Counted from the first letter of the stretch, positions 42,826-56,259 are shown. The stretch is DNA of 64,000 nt from the human T2T-CHM13v2.0 reference genome, Homo sapiens (GCF_009914755.1 NC_060926.1); one strand, 5' to 3'. Made by a program: numbers and translations. Notes: a model not told the origin generated them from the sequence alone.

Positions 42826-44739
42826 TGAATCGTAATTGCTTGTTTTCGGTCATAAGAACATAAGGAAGAATCTGTATTGCAGAAAATAGGCAGTGTTTAC
42901 TCTGCGAGATTACTTAAGGGCCCAAGATCCTGTGCTTGGTGACAGAGGCACAGGGCTGGTGGTAGCAGCTTTCTAGGCCAACTGCTTGTGTGTGGTCAGC
43001 TAGATGGGCTCTGATGGTGGGGCCTGATCTGAGAGGGAAGTGAGCCTTTCTAAGAACATGTAGAATGTATGTGTTAGATTTCTAAAACTCAAACCAGTGA
43101 ACAGGTAACATATATAGGACTAATGTGTATGTAGATGGAGCAGGTCTGACAGGTAAGAAAACCCTCTCCACTCTGCCCCAAATGTACTCTATCACATGCT
43201 TCTCACCCTGGCTTTTTGCCGTTAAACTGAATAAAGATCAGGCAAGAACTTCACTTCCTTGTGTGAGCACATGCCCCTTAATAAAATGTATACCCCTAGA
43301 CATGGTTTTTACATTTTCCATTTAATGCAAAATTAGCTAACAGATGTTTTCAATTAGGTGTAGAACCAGGAACTGGTTTCAGGGTGCAGTGTAAGAATGT
43401 GTACTAATTGATTGATATGCCTGTCCTGGTGTCACCTGGAAGATAAGAAGCCCTTAGCAGACAATCATGCCCAGAAACTGACCTTTGGAATGATGACTAC
43501 AGTCCCAGCCTATACCTTCTCAGCCTCAGGGGCAGTGAGTGTAAAGGTTGCAAGTTCAGTCTTAGAGCTATACCTTCCCTAAGATAAGAAGGATGAAGAG
43601 CTGGCATTCACTAACAGGACCCTGAAGGCAAAAACACTGGGCAGTTTCACAAAAAGGGAACAAGTAGTCTCTCTGAAGGTGAGTCTTTCTGTTGCTCAGG
43701 TGACCAAGGCCACCAACCCCCTGCTGATTACTCAGCCACGCCCAAGATCCTGCTACTACCCTGGTTTCTGGCTCCACATTCGTCACTATTGAGATGACTT
43801 ACTGGTCACAGTAAAAGCAAGTTGATAAAGGTGGCCAGTGGGGGAACAGAGCTTATGTGCCTCCTGAGAAAGCCAGTCGCTGGAAACTGGACTGAGAGCC
43901 CTGATTTGGAGCACGAGGAAACCTTAAAAAGTGAGTTGAGGTTGCATTTGCTGGGAAGCCATAGGAAGAACAGTAATGGGGTGGGAAAGGGGGCTGGCTG
44001 CCTGGGGGTACTCTCCAACTGGAAGTCCAAGCCCTGCCTTCACTCCCCAGTATTTCTTTCCCACCAAGTGCCAGTGCGTTTAAGGCAGTACATCATATAC
44101 TGTTTTTGTTCCGCCAGTGCCAGTGACATTTCAAGGAACTAGGAAGAAAACTGACTTTCTCTGCCACTTTGAGAAAATTATTAAATGTTTACTAGGAGTG
44201 TTCTGACTCAATGAACTAGGATACTGTGAGTTTGTTGGAACAGAGATTTTTGAAACCAGAATGTGCTGTGAAGAGATGATGGGTTCCTTTTCCACATTTT
44301 TATTCCATGACAACCGAGCCAGCTTCCCAGAGTTAGCTATAAACACAGAGCTTTTGTTTGCCAGGTTTAGTTAGGGGTTCTTTTTGCTGGTTCAGAGTTA
44401 TATTGCAGAACCACAATCCATGTTTTCTTTGGACGTGAATATGCAGTGTTGTCCTTATAAAGATCCCATTAAAAGTTTAAAAAGCATACAGCCCCATCCC
44501 CAGCCCCGCTAACAGCAAGCGTGCCTCTAATACCTTTGCGCCTGACTCTCTGGGATGGGACTTTTGAGCTGGACAGACCACAGCCCCAGTGTTGCTGTGC
44601 CCAAAACCTTGAGCCAGCTGAATTCCAACTCTAATTCTTCCAGTTCTTAATCTCATTTCCTTCCCCACTTCCTTGCCTGGCGTTCTCCTTTGTTTTTGTG
44701 TACATATCTGTCTTCATCATTGATCTTTAAGCTCCTTTG

Positions 44740-44985
44740 GGGCCAAGAGCTCTGGAGCCAGGAGATATAAGTTCGAATCTTAGCTCAACCAGGTACTGAA
44801 TAACTTTGTGACTTAGTGAGTAGCTTACCTCTCTGTGCTCATGTTTATTTTTCTATAAAATGGTGATAACGAAAATAGAAGTACACACTGCTTAGGGCAA
44901 TTCTGAGAACAAAAGGAGTTAATACATGGAACGTGCTTAGAGCATTGCTGGGTATACGGTAAGAGTTCAGTAAGTGTAGCTTTAA
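44740..44985 (+). mobile_element. MIR
   Basis: CTCTGGAGCCAG...GTTCGAATCTTAGCTC...CTATAAAATGGTGATAA...GTGCTTAGAGCA. Confidence 0.8.
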
Positions 44986-47609
44986 CCACTGCCAGCATTC
45001 CCCACAGACCCTGGTGCATTGTCGGTGTTTAATGAATGTTTGTCAAATTATAAGAAAAAACATTGCCCTTTCTGTAGGAATTGCCCATAGCTAAAGCGAT
45101 GGGGGAAGGAAAGGAAGAAAGGGAACACATATTTCTTTTTCAACATTGGGGAGTTTGTGGTAAAGTACTTGGGGCTCTGGAGTATAAAGAACTATGTTTG
45201 ATCTTTTGTCCAAACCCCTCTGGGATTTGGGATTTGCCAGCGGGTGGTGGGGGGGATGGGGGAGGAAAGCAGTGTGATCTGCAGGGAGAGAACCAATTAC
45301 AGTATGCTTGGAGAGGGTGACATTTATTCTGCTGAACCTCTTCTCTGCTTCACATAACGTTGGCCACTTCACCTTTCCTGAGATGTCTCTGAGGATGGGC
45401 ATATTTTAAAGACTTGAGCTTACATCATCGCATCTTGAAAGAACCGAGTATAATTGAGTTGCTGATACAAGTGGGTACTTGCACCAGGTCCGGGTCACCC
45501 ACATCTCTATGGAAACACATGTTTGCTTTAAAGCCCAGCAATCAGAAGCAGATCCTTATAGGAGCCAGCATTGGGTCACTTTTAGAAAAAGGCATTTATT
45601 TATATTCTCAAGCCAGCAGAGACCTATGAAATGAAATAATTTCAAATTAAATAGAAAAACCATGCCGTAGGTGAATGCTAATAAAGCCTGCCGTGCGTCC
45701 TCCTCCCCCTGTGCTTGCACTGCCTCAGATCCGCTGCATTTATTTTAGCTGTCCTTTGCTCTTTTGTGCCCATTTGCATTCTGCTGCTGTGAGGAGGTGG
45801 TTTGGCACTTTATGCAAAAATGGTTAATCTTCATTCATAAGCATTTGCCAGTACTAAAATGGAAAATTCAAAGCTGGGACTGCCATAAAGTGTGTTTTGT
45901 GTTCTGCTCTGCCGTGTACGTGCAGCATATACAACAGTGTGCGCCACGCAGATGACTCTGCCTGCCATACAAGCACTCAGCACTCGGGGCTGTTGAGTGA
46001 AGAGGTTCTCCCATGAAGGTCTCAAACTTGCATGAGCACATCTTGCCCTAGATCTGCTCAAGTGATATTCTAAGTGATTGGAAGCTTTTATCTGCCTCTG
46101 AAAGCAGGCCTTTTCAAATAAGTATTGACTGTTAATGACCTGTTTAAATAAAACATTCAATTTTCTTTCTTCCCCCCACAAAGAACTTAGTAGGCAGTGA
46201 CATTTCTAAACCAAAGGCTAACCCTGCTTTTCAAAAGAGGCCAAGCCAGAGCTTTTAAATGTGAAATTTTTTTCTGACATTTGCCCTTAAAATGCTTTTC
46301 AGTGAAGTTGTTCTAACAGTGGGTTGAGTACATTGAAATGTCTTTGAATGAAAATGCAACCTTGAGTTTTTTTCTCCAAATTAAACAAAAAATGCCAATC
46401 TAAGTATATTCATATGAAATTCATATTTCAGTCACCACCCTGTTTCATTGTTTATGTTTCTCAGTCCTAATAATTAAAGCGACTTTCCTCTAAGGAACAA
46501 GAACTTTTATTAAACTATGGAAATTAAACCACAGAAACAAAGAGCAAAAACACTTGAAATATAAGAGACCTGAGTCATTACCATGCCAGATAAGGAGTAG
46601 CAAAGGATGGAGGGAAAAGGAGGAGGGGACAAAACGGAAGAGAAATTAGGCAATTTAACAGTTAGGCCACAGAAAACATACCTAGTACTAAGTTTAGACC
46701 AAATCTCAGTTTTGAAGAAGGAGCATTTGTTTCCCTCTTCAGCTGGCATGCAAGTGCCCCTGATTGTGCTTAGGGCCCTGGATGGTTAGTCTCTGGTTTA
46801 AAAGTGACCTGTACAGAGAAATAGCCTACTACTGTACATCATTGGAGACAGCACCCACGCCTTTTATAAGTGTTTCCATCAACTCCCAGTGCCTGTACAA
46901 ACCTGTAGTACCTGAGAGCCAAAAGAGACCACAGAGTTCATTTCCTCCAACCTGGAGATCTGAGGCCCTCGTGCCACAGTGTGGCCTGTCAGGATGAATG
47001 ATGCCCTTTATAGACAGATGTGAAGTTCTTCCAGCTCTCCCTATCGAAGGGTACCTGTCTTGTTTCCCATCCTGTCAGAGCACTGCTGTCTGCTAAGGGC
47101 CAATTGACGGCAGTAGGAGAATGAAATAAATTAGTCTGTGATAGTGCGCCTTCTTCCAGAGGTAATATATTGCATGCCTTCAACTAAGTAGAAATGCATA
47201 TGTCTCTTGAGAAGCCATACTCAGAGATACTGTTGGATGCTGTTTTGCCTGAGAGATTTTTGCTGCTTCTCAAATCACATGGCATAATTGACTTCCTACG
47301 CACAAAATCAGTGCTGATTCTTCCCCTCTGAGGCAGCCATGAGAAAATGTCTTAGGATCTACGTGATCATAGTGATGCAGGATTTTTGAATAGCATTGTC
47401 TAGGCTATACCAAAGTCAGGTACACAGACACTTTAATTACTCTTAGTAATTAAGTTAGTAATTCAGTTAGTTATGCCTTTAGACCCCAGAATGTCACAGA
47501 GCCACTGGGCTGCATCACAGCTCGCAAGAAACAATTTGTTGGCTGAGGGCCCACTAACTGCAACTCTTTGCACCTTCACCTGAGGTAGGAAGCTGCAGGA
47601 AAACAGCCG

Positions 47610-47933
47610 TTTTTTGGTGGGGTCGGGGTTGTGGTGAATGGAGTCACTCTGTCACCCAGGCTGGAGTGCAGTGACATGATCTTAGCTCACTGCAACTTCC
47701 GCCCCACCTACCGGGTTCAAGCAATTCTCCTGTCTCAGCCCCACCCCATCCCCCTCCCCAGTACCTGGGACTACAAACACACGCCATCATGCCCAGCTAA
47801 TTTTTGTATTTTTAGTAGAGACGAGGTTTTGTCATACTGATCAGGCTGGTCTCGAACTCCTGACCTTAGGTGATCCACCCGCCTCGGCCTCCCAAAATGC
47901 TGGGATTATAGGAGTGAGCCATCTCACCCAGCC
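47610..47933 (-). mobile_element. AluS with remodelled tail and C-rich internal insertions
   Basis: Dimer, antisense; TSD AAAACAGCCGTTT / AAAATAGCCATTT. Confidence 0.9.
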
Positions 47934-48184
47934 AAAAATAGCCATTTCTTTGAAACAAGTTCATTTATGCCCATTCCTGTGTGAGTGGAGTGGTTTCGCA
48001 CTGCAGTTTGTGCATCCTGCAAATGCGCAAGGCATATACTGTGGGCCTGTCTGGCCTGAGAAGGCAGGTCCCGTGGAACGGTTTTATTCCCCTGGTGGAG
48101 TTCTTACTGCATTTCATAGACAGTGAGCCCTGTGACTTGTTTATGATGGTTTTGAGGTGCTGTTAGCCCAATGGCCGTGGGCTT

Positions 48185-48415
48185 GCTGAGTTGGACTGCC
48201 TTAGGTTTGAGTCCTGGCCCTGCCACTTAACTGTGGGACCTTGAGCAGTTACTAGATCTCTTTGTGCTTCAGTTTCCACGTATGTAAAAATGGGGATAAT
48301 CTTAATTTCTATTCATAGGGTTGTGACGGTAAAATGAAAAAAAATGTATGTCAAGCACTTAGCAGAGTGTCTGGTACGTTATAAGTTCTCCAGAAGTGTG
48401 CTAATTATTATTAAT
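48185..48415 (+). mobile_element. MIR
   Basis: GGTTTGAGTCCTGGCCCTGCCACTTAACTGTGGGACCTTGAGCAG...GGGTTGTGA...AGCACTTAGCAGAGTGTCTGG. Confidence 0.85.
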
Positions 48416-48570
48416 AATATATTTTTGAAAAGATTATTCCTTAACGACGTAATTTGTAGGAAACTGGCTTTCCCCTTATCTCTCTAGGCTTCCATGAGAA
48501 TCTATTTCTTGTGTGTAGTGTTTGGGATTAAGGAAGAGGCTCTTTCTTTATGTTCCAGGATGGAGACACT

Positions 48571-48762
48571 AGTAGTTCTCACGGTTTTGCTAGTGCACGT
48601 CCGAATACCCTGCGGAGCTTGTTAAGCACTGACTGCTGTGCTGCCCCTGCCCTCCAGAGCTTCTCTTTCTGTCTGGTGAGGGGCAGAGTATTTGCATCTT
48701 TAACAAGTTCCCAGGTGATGCTGAGGCCACTCATCTGGGAACCACACTTTAAGAACCCCTGC
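48571..48762. mobile_element. MER5A (hAT-Charlie MITE)
   Basis: AGTAGTTCTCA...TTTAACAAGTTCCCAGGTGATGCTGA...ACCACACTTTAAGAACCCCTG termini. Confidence 0.82.
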
Positions 48763-48769
48763 TCTAGGA

Positions 48770-49040
48770 CAGTACTTTCCAGTGGAAATATAATGTAAGC
48801 CACACATAAAATCATACATTTTCTAGCAGTCACATTAAAAAAGTGAAAAGAAGTGGATGAAATTAATTTTAATATTGTATTTTATTTAATCCAATCTATC
48901 AAATGCTATCATTTCAACATATAGTCGATATAAAAAGTATTAATGAGACAGCTTATATTCCTTTTTTTGTACTCAGTCTTTGAAACTCGGCCTCTATTAA
49001 ACCCTTCCAGCACATTTCACTTTAGACTAGCCACATTCAA
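48770..49040. mobile_element. MER33 (hAT-Charlie)
   Basis: GAAATATAATGTAAGCCAC...TGAAATTAATTTTAATA...GACTAGCCACATT follows the remembered MER33 consensus. Confidence 0.8.
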
Positions 49041-49485
49041 ATCTGGCTTTGCATGAAAATGACCTGGGAGTCACTGTTTTCCATCACAACTTCCCCACAC
49101 CAACTGACCTTGGGGCCCAGAAATCTCAGTTTTTCAGAGCTCCCTGGTTAAGTCTGTTGATTAGCCAGAAAGTCAAGTCGATCCAGTCTCTACCAACTTG
49201 GTCATTTTCCCTCTCTAAGTCATACGTCATGACATTTGGCATTTACCCACTCCAGCTTACATTATGATAATTTATGAAATACCCTATTAACGGCCCCAAA
49301 TATGCAGTATGATTTCTATGTTTTTACAAATCATGGGAAATTTTGCATTAATAACCTTGAAAATTTTGTTAAAATCATTACTTAAAATGTTTTCTTATAT
49401 ATTTCCTATGGTTTCTTAAATCCAGTTCAAGCAAAGTGATGTAATACCCAAGAACAGGAAAGTAAACCTAAGAGCATTAATGGGT

Positions 49486-49508
49486 TTCAGAGAAACGAAA
49501 GTGAAACT
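49486..49508. promoter_or_regulatory. Overlapping GAS (TTCAGAGAA) and ISRE (GAAACGAAAGTGAAACT) motifs
   Basis: TTCN3GAA at 49486-94 and a triple-GAAA ISRE at 49492-508; function not shown. Confidence 0.55.
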
Positions 49509-49864
49509 TTATTACTGCCTACACAATCAAACAGGAGGGAGAAAGGAGACAAGCAAGTCAGAAAGCGATTTGATAGGTCAGTACATTGATAGAACTTTGC
49601 ATGTTTTATGTGATTGCATTAGAAACATAAATATATATTTTTAAAACTTTACAGATAACTCATACATATTAAAATTTGTTGAATTATATCAATTGGAAAT
49701 ACAGAGACAGACATATTTGCCAGAATGTCTATTATTTGGGTTTATTTTTCATAAAACATGTTTATCTTTGTTCTAAGCTAATAGATTTTCTGGCTACTGT
49801 TAATGCATATTCTGTAAGATTTTTGCTCAGTGATCAGTTCAATATAATTTTGTGTTTGAAGTGA

Positions 49865-50205
<341 letters not shown>

Positions 50206-51236
50206 TGTGGTTCATAAATTTTATACTAGAAAAGTATATATAGATGATGTATTAAAATGGTGAAAATCTTTCCTTTATGACTAATATGTTTCCCTAATAA
50301 GTTTTAACAGTTTCCTTGATCTCTATTTTTCTTTAGGACATATGTAAAAATTAGATGATTATATCTACATATGTTTATAATGGTATTACTGAAATCTAAA
50401 TTGCAATTTTTAGGAAAAAAGTTTTAAAAAATGTCTAAGCTATTGAAATGTTGCACCAATATCAGGACTTATATTTCTGAGTATCTTAATTTTGTGTTGA
50501 TTGATTGGTATGTATGGAACATGTATTCGTGGACTTGAATAGTTAGCCCGCAGTAATTGGTCTGTTCCAATAACAATTTTAAATGATAATAACAAGGAGA
50601 AACCAGGTTCTTCTCAAGAAGTCAAAGATCCCTGTACCTTTCTTATAGATTTAAAAGCTCCTGTGGTCGATACATATTAAGGTATGAGTATTCAGTCATG
50701 TTTGGCAGTGATACACTACCAAGCATGATGACCAAGATGTCAGGGAGAAGGTCTGTTGTCCCCAGACATCTGTTACTCACTGTAGGTCCTAAAAATCACA
50801 GCATTAGAGGCTTCTTGGGCTTACCTAGAAGTCTGCACCTTAGAGGGCTGAGGCTTCACGTTGCTAAACCCTGGGCCTGTCATGTGAAATCAGGTGAAAA
50901 TATATTGAAAAGTTCCTTGACTACTTTAAACAATTAAGATTTAGATGAAATTGAGCTGACTGGGCAGATATAGTTCATAGCAGAAAAGAGAATCTCAAAA
51001 TAGGGACACAGCACTGTTTCATTTTCATAGCAGGGAGGGTCAGCTCAGGAAAGGTAATGAGTACATGATGTTATGCAGGGGCAAGGTGGGCTTCCGGACA
51101 TTCTGGAGGGACTAGTGCTGATTGGAGGGTGCAGACACTCAACGAGGACCTTCAGGACACACCGAAAATAACCTCACCTGTCCCACAGTTTCCCCAGTGT
51201 TTGTCCTTAGCAGTAGAACCCAATTTGACTATCTAG

Positions 51237-51546
<310 letters not shown>

Positions 51547-51720
51547 AACTTACAATTCTTTAAGGCAAACCAAATTTATGGTCTGTTTAAATTAGAACCT
51601 TTTAACTAGTTCCCCATTGCCTCTGTTATGCACCAGCTAGCAGAAAGCTGTGATATTAGAAACAGTAAGATTTTATTTTACTGTGATGTGGAGAGGGTAT
51701 TGGAACCCACCTGGAAGATG

Positions 51721-51766
51721 GAGCCTGTAGAGGCAGCCTTCCAGAGCCTGTAGAGGCAGCCTTCCA
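51721..51766. repeat. Perfect 23-bp tandem duplication GAGCCTGTAGAGGCAGCCTTCCA x2
   Basis: Identical units at 51721-51743 and 51744-51766. Confidence 0.95.
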
Positions 51767-52739
51767 CCTGGGAAAAATAATTGAGAGTAAAATGGGCAAG
51801 GAATGGGTCCCTGTAATTATTTTTATCTTATTTTCCCATCTGAGAAAATAGCCCCATTCTACCCTCACAGCCAGCATTTTTCTTCCACAAAAAAATAAAA
51901 TTATGATTTGAATAAAATTGTAATTAATTTTACTAGCATCAGTCCCAAAGAAGAGTCTTCCTTGAGTTAGACTTGAGGTCAAAGAGAAAAAGAATTGCCA
52001 AGGAGATGTGAGCGTGTGTGCGTGTATGTTTTCTTACGAATATAGCTTACCATCCATTGTCACCACGTCTTCAGATCTCATAAATTTTCTCTCTTCAATG
52101 GAATTCCTCCCTGATTCCTCTGTGGATTATAACATTTCAGCTTTAGAGAATGCTGCACATCCAAATCCTAGACATCAAAGCCCAAATGCAAAAACAAAAC
52201 AAAAGCTTTTTCTGTTAGATTTCACATATCTGTAATGGCAAAATTAGATGTGTCCAGAAGAATCAGCTGATCTGGTCTAATGAAAGTCATTGTGGCTCAC
52301 AGATTCATTCTTAATGGCACCAAATTCAGCTGTCACCATTCAGTTCTTCATAGTTCTTAGGTATACCTCTCTCTCTCCTCCCCCTCCATCCCCCTCTCAT
52401 ACACACATTCATATACTATCACACACTGAAAAATTCATGTATATACAATGTATGTTTACATGATGCCGAAACTTTCATTTGAATAAGAAAATCAGCCATC
52501 CAGAAGTCTTCCAATATAATGATTGCAGACTGTCTTGCAGGCTTGTAATGACCGACCAAAGGCTTTACTTTCCACCCCTGGCTTGTAAACAAAAACACCT
52601 AATTATTTGTTCTTGTACTTCACACATCATTCATGTTCACTATTAGAAATAATCAGAAAAGAATCCTCTTCTTTACAAACGAGTAACTTTCAGGGTCAGG
52701 AATAAGTGAAAATAAAATTCGAGTGTTATTTGCCAGCTA

Positions 52740-52815
52740 TTAGGTTGGTACAAAAGTATTTGGGGCCTTAGCCTTACTTTCAATGGCAAAAATCACAATT
52801 ACTTTTGCACCAACT
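52740..52815. mobile_element. MADE1 (Hsmar1-derived mariner MITE)
   Basis: TTAGGTTGGTACAAAAGTA...AATGGCAAAAATCACAATTACTTTTGCACCAAC; palindromic TIRs, preceded by TA. Confidence 0.9.
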
Positions 52816-53844
52816 GACTCTCCTATATGCCAAGTCCAGGGATATAGAACTTACCATTTGGAGGGTGTTTTCAATAGATGGGGCACTTTTATGGAGCATT
52901 TGGGAAAGCGCTGCTTTACTGGAAGCAAGTATGCAGGGTCTCTCCTGCTAGCATGTCCAAATGCTTGTGTCAGTGGCAGTATTATTTGGGAACTTATAAA
53001 AATAAAATGTTACTGTTTCTAATATTTGATAATTTGTCTCTCTGGATTCCTAGTTGAGAATAATTTGAGTAGTAATAGAGTTAACATTGCGTATTACCAA
53101 GCTTTCATCCTAAAATCAGCAATAGATAATGGATCTGAATTTATGCTTTATTTAAGACGTAAGTGTGAAAGAAAATAGTGGGGAAGGATCAGAGAATTTT
53201 TGCAAGTTATCCCTAGCATGTGTCTACTCTGGAGGTGGGTACACTCTTTATAAGAAAAGAAAAGGAATATAAGAAAGTGTTTCAGTGGTTCTTGATTGAC
53301 AAAAAGCATTCAACATGCAAATAGGTGGTATATGTTGATATCTTGGCCTGACTGGCTGCTAATTTCTGAATCAATCTGTTTGTGCATTTAAGTCATTTAT
53401 TCTCTATTTCAAAAAGATTGAATCTATTAAAGTCTTAAGATCTGTCTTCCATTATAATGGTGAAAGATTTTGACCAGATAAGGGAAAAGAAAACACAACA
53501 GCTTGATTTTGGGAACACAGATCTTCTCAGAGGGGGCCACTTTACAAAGAGATTGGACACCAAAGGCAGAAAACCTAAAGATTTTGAAGAAACAGAAGGA
53601 TTATGGGCAGTTTTAAGGGTCCATTTGAAAATGGAGATTATGAAATTATGGACAATAAAAATTACAATGAAGATACATATGTATCAATCTGGAATGTTGC
53701 TCATGATATGTTGGTAAGTGAAAAAACAAATTTAAAACTGTTATATTCTGTTGGAGAGTAAGGCAGGAGAGGTGGCAACTTTAGATATGGTGGTCACCTC
53801 CTCTTGGAGGAGGTGATAACTCAAGCTAAGATAAAGACTGCAGA

Positions 53845-54144
<300 letters not shown>

Positions 54145-54776
54145 TCAAAAAAAAAGGTTTTGAGATGCCCCCCCCCACCCAGAAAAAGACTACAGGAAAG
54201 GAACAACCCTGCAAAGATCTGAAATTAGAGCATTCCAGATAGAAAAGTTGAAAAAAAAAAAAGAAAAGAAGTTGTGGGGTGGATTCTTATGTTTAAACCT
54301 GGGATAGTTTTCTCCTGTTTTTTTCCATAGTGCTTGGTATTGTTATGTACATATAGGAGAGATATATTCAATAAATGTTTGTTAGATTACCAAGGAGCTG
54401 ATAAAAGCTTTGAGACAGTGAGGACTGTGATGACAATACTTAGTTAAAATAGGTACGGTTTCCCTTCTCTCTATTTTTGACCACCTTTCTTTTACATAAT
54501 AGGAAGAAACACAATTTAGATAAATTCCCATCTGTCTTTGTCGTTTTTCATGTCAATACAGTATGAATAAAAGATTTTACTTTGTTTTCTAGAGTTATTG
54601 TAACATGCTTTTAGAACATGTCTAAGTCAGATGCTTAGCTTGAAAGTATTTTTACATTCTAAAATGATATTTATGATTATGACCGAATGAAGTTGTTTAC
54701 TGTGTTGGAAGAGAGTGTAAAAATAACACATTGAGAAATCAATTTTAAAACTTAATCTTGTTTTCCTTCTTTATAG

Positions 54777-54798
54777 GGCCTATTCCACTAGAAGCAAG
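54777..54798 (+). other. SPATS2L: 5'UTR part of the first coding exon
   Basis: Acceptor cttaatcttgttttccttctttatag|GGCC with branchpoint-like CTTAAT and a pyrimidine tract; the 22 nt are stop-free in frame with the ATG (G GCC TAT TCC ACT AGA AGC AAG). Confidence 0.88.
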
Positions 54799-54837
54799 AT
54801 GGCTGAACTCAATACTCATGTGAATGTCAAGGAAAAG
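54799..54837 (+). CDS. SPATS2L: First coding segment of SPATS2-like protein: MAELNTHVNVKEK (phase-0 donor)
   Basis: ATG at 54799 in strong Kozak context (AAGATGG), 13 codons, then AAG|GTAAGA donor; the peptide matches the remembered SPATS2L start MAELNTHVNVKEK(IYAVRSVVP...). Too short for the ORF track. Confidence 0.92.
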
Positions 54838-55009
54838 GTAAGATCAAGTTATACGTTGGCTCACAGAAACTCCAAACTACGTAATGCAGTTCCTAGCAGG
54901 TAAAAACTCAATTACAGTGGAGAAAGGGAAAGTGGTTTTGGGGGATACGTAGTAAGTTTGCCACAACAGTAAACTGTTCAGCAGAAAGAATCATAAGTAA
55001 CGTTTACTG

Positions 55010-55190
55010 AAAGCATGTTAAGCATATGACACTCATTTTTTCATTTACTCTTGACCATAACCCCATAAAGAAGATACTGTTGTTATTTCCATTTTACAGA
55101 GGTGGAAGTTGAGAAACAGAGAAGTAATTTGGCTAAGTTAACGTAGCTGGTAAACAGCAGAGCTGGGATTTGAACCCATGCAGTGTGCCA
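55010..55190 (-). mobile_element. MIR
   Basis: CCATTTTACAGAGGTGGAAGTTGAG...GCAGAGCTGGGATTTGAACCCA. Confidence 0.8.
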
Positions 55191-56259
55191 TTCCACCGTT
55201 CATACTCTTCACCCCCAGGCTGGGTTACATCTAAGAGCAAGGGTATTATATTACCTCTTCAGAAATGGACTCAGAGAGAGACATCCAGTCTATCACCTGG
55301 TGGTCACGCTGGGCAGCCTTTGAAGTTTCTTTCAACGCTGAGAGTTCATGACTCTGAAAATCCCCACTTCTCATGATTTGTTGGAGACTGATTCCACTTC
55401 AGAGCTCTTTCCAAGTCTATGCTGCGTCCTCCACTGAGGGTCAGAATCCCTCACTTGCCACATATGCTGCCTTGTAATGTTAGCTCTTAAGGATCATAAA
55501 CCATAGACCATGAAGATAAATTTGTCCAACCCATTTGTCTGACACCATAGGAACTGAGGCCCTAGCACTGGTTTGCTAGTGGTTGTATAGGCAAGTGGGA
55601 GAGCCTGGACAGGAGCCCAAGCCACCACAGTGCTGGTGCACCTTCCACAGCATCACCCCACAGCCTTCTCTGGACTGTAAACCATGTGAAGGCAGGAGTT
55701 TGTCTTTCATCTCTTTGTATCCTCACCATACCAAAAATAGAGTGAAGGATGAGAGAAGTGACATTTGTGAAGCCATTACTATTTTTTCTTTCACTTAGCA
55801 ACAGGGTAATAGACCCAAACACCACTCTAGATGCCTGGGGTATGGCCCTGAACATGTAGATGAAGTTCCTGCTCCCATGGAGCTCACATTTTAGGGCAGG
55901 GAAGCAGAGAATAAACACAAGAATATCTAAATGAACACAGTTGTTCCAGGCGGTGATAACAACTGTGGAGAAAACAGCAGGGCGGTGTGATGAAGGCAAG
56001 GGGAGGTGGCTCCTCTGTGTGGAGTGGTCAGGGAAGCCCTTTGGAGGAGGTGACATTTGATTGAGATAAAGATGGGGAAAGAAACAACCATACAAAGATC
56101 TGAGGACAGAGAATTCCAGACAGAGAGAAAAGCAAAGCAGATGCCTAAGGTTGACTAAGTTGAATGTGTTTGATGAGCAGGTGGTCAGTGTGGTCCAGGT
56201 GTGGTAGACAAAGGTGATTGGTGATGGGAGATGAAGTCCAAGAATACCACTTAGAATCC

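Noticed and set aside
45555-45563. CArG-like CCTTATAGG
   Set aside because: Only five A/T between CC and GG; an SRF box needs six.
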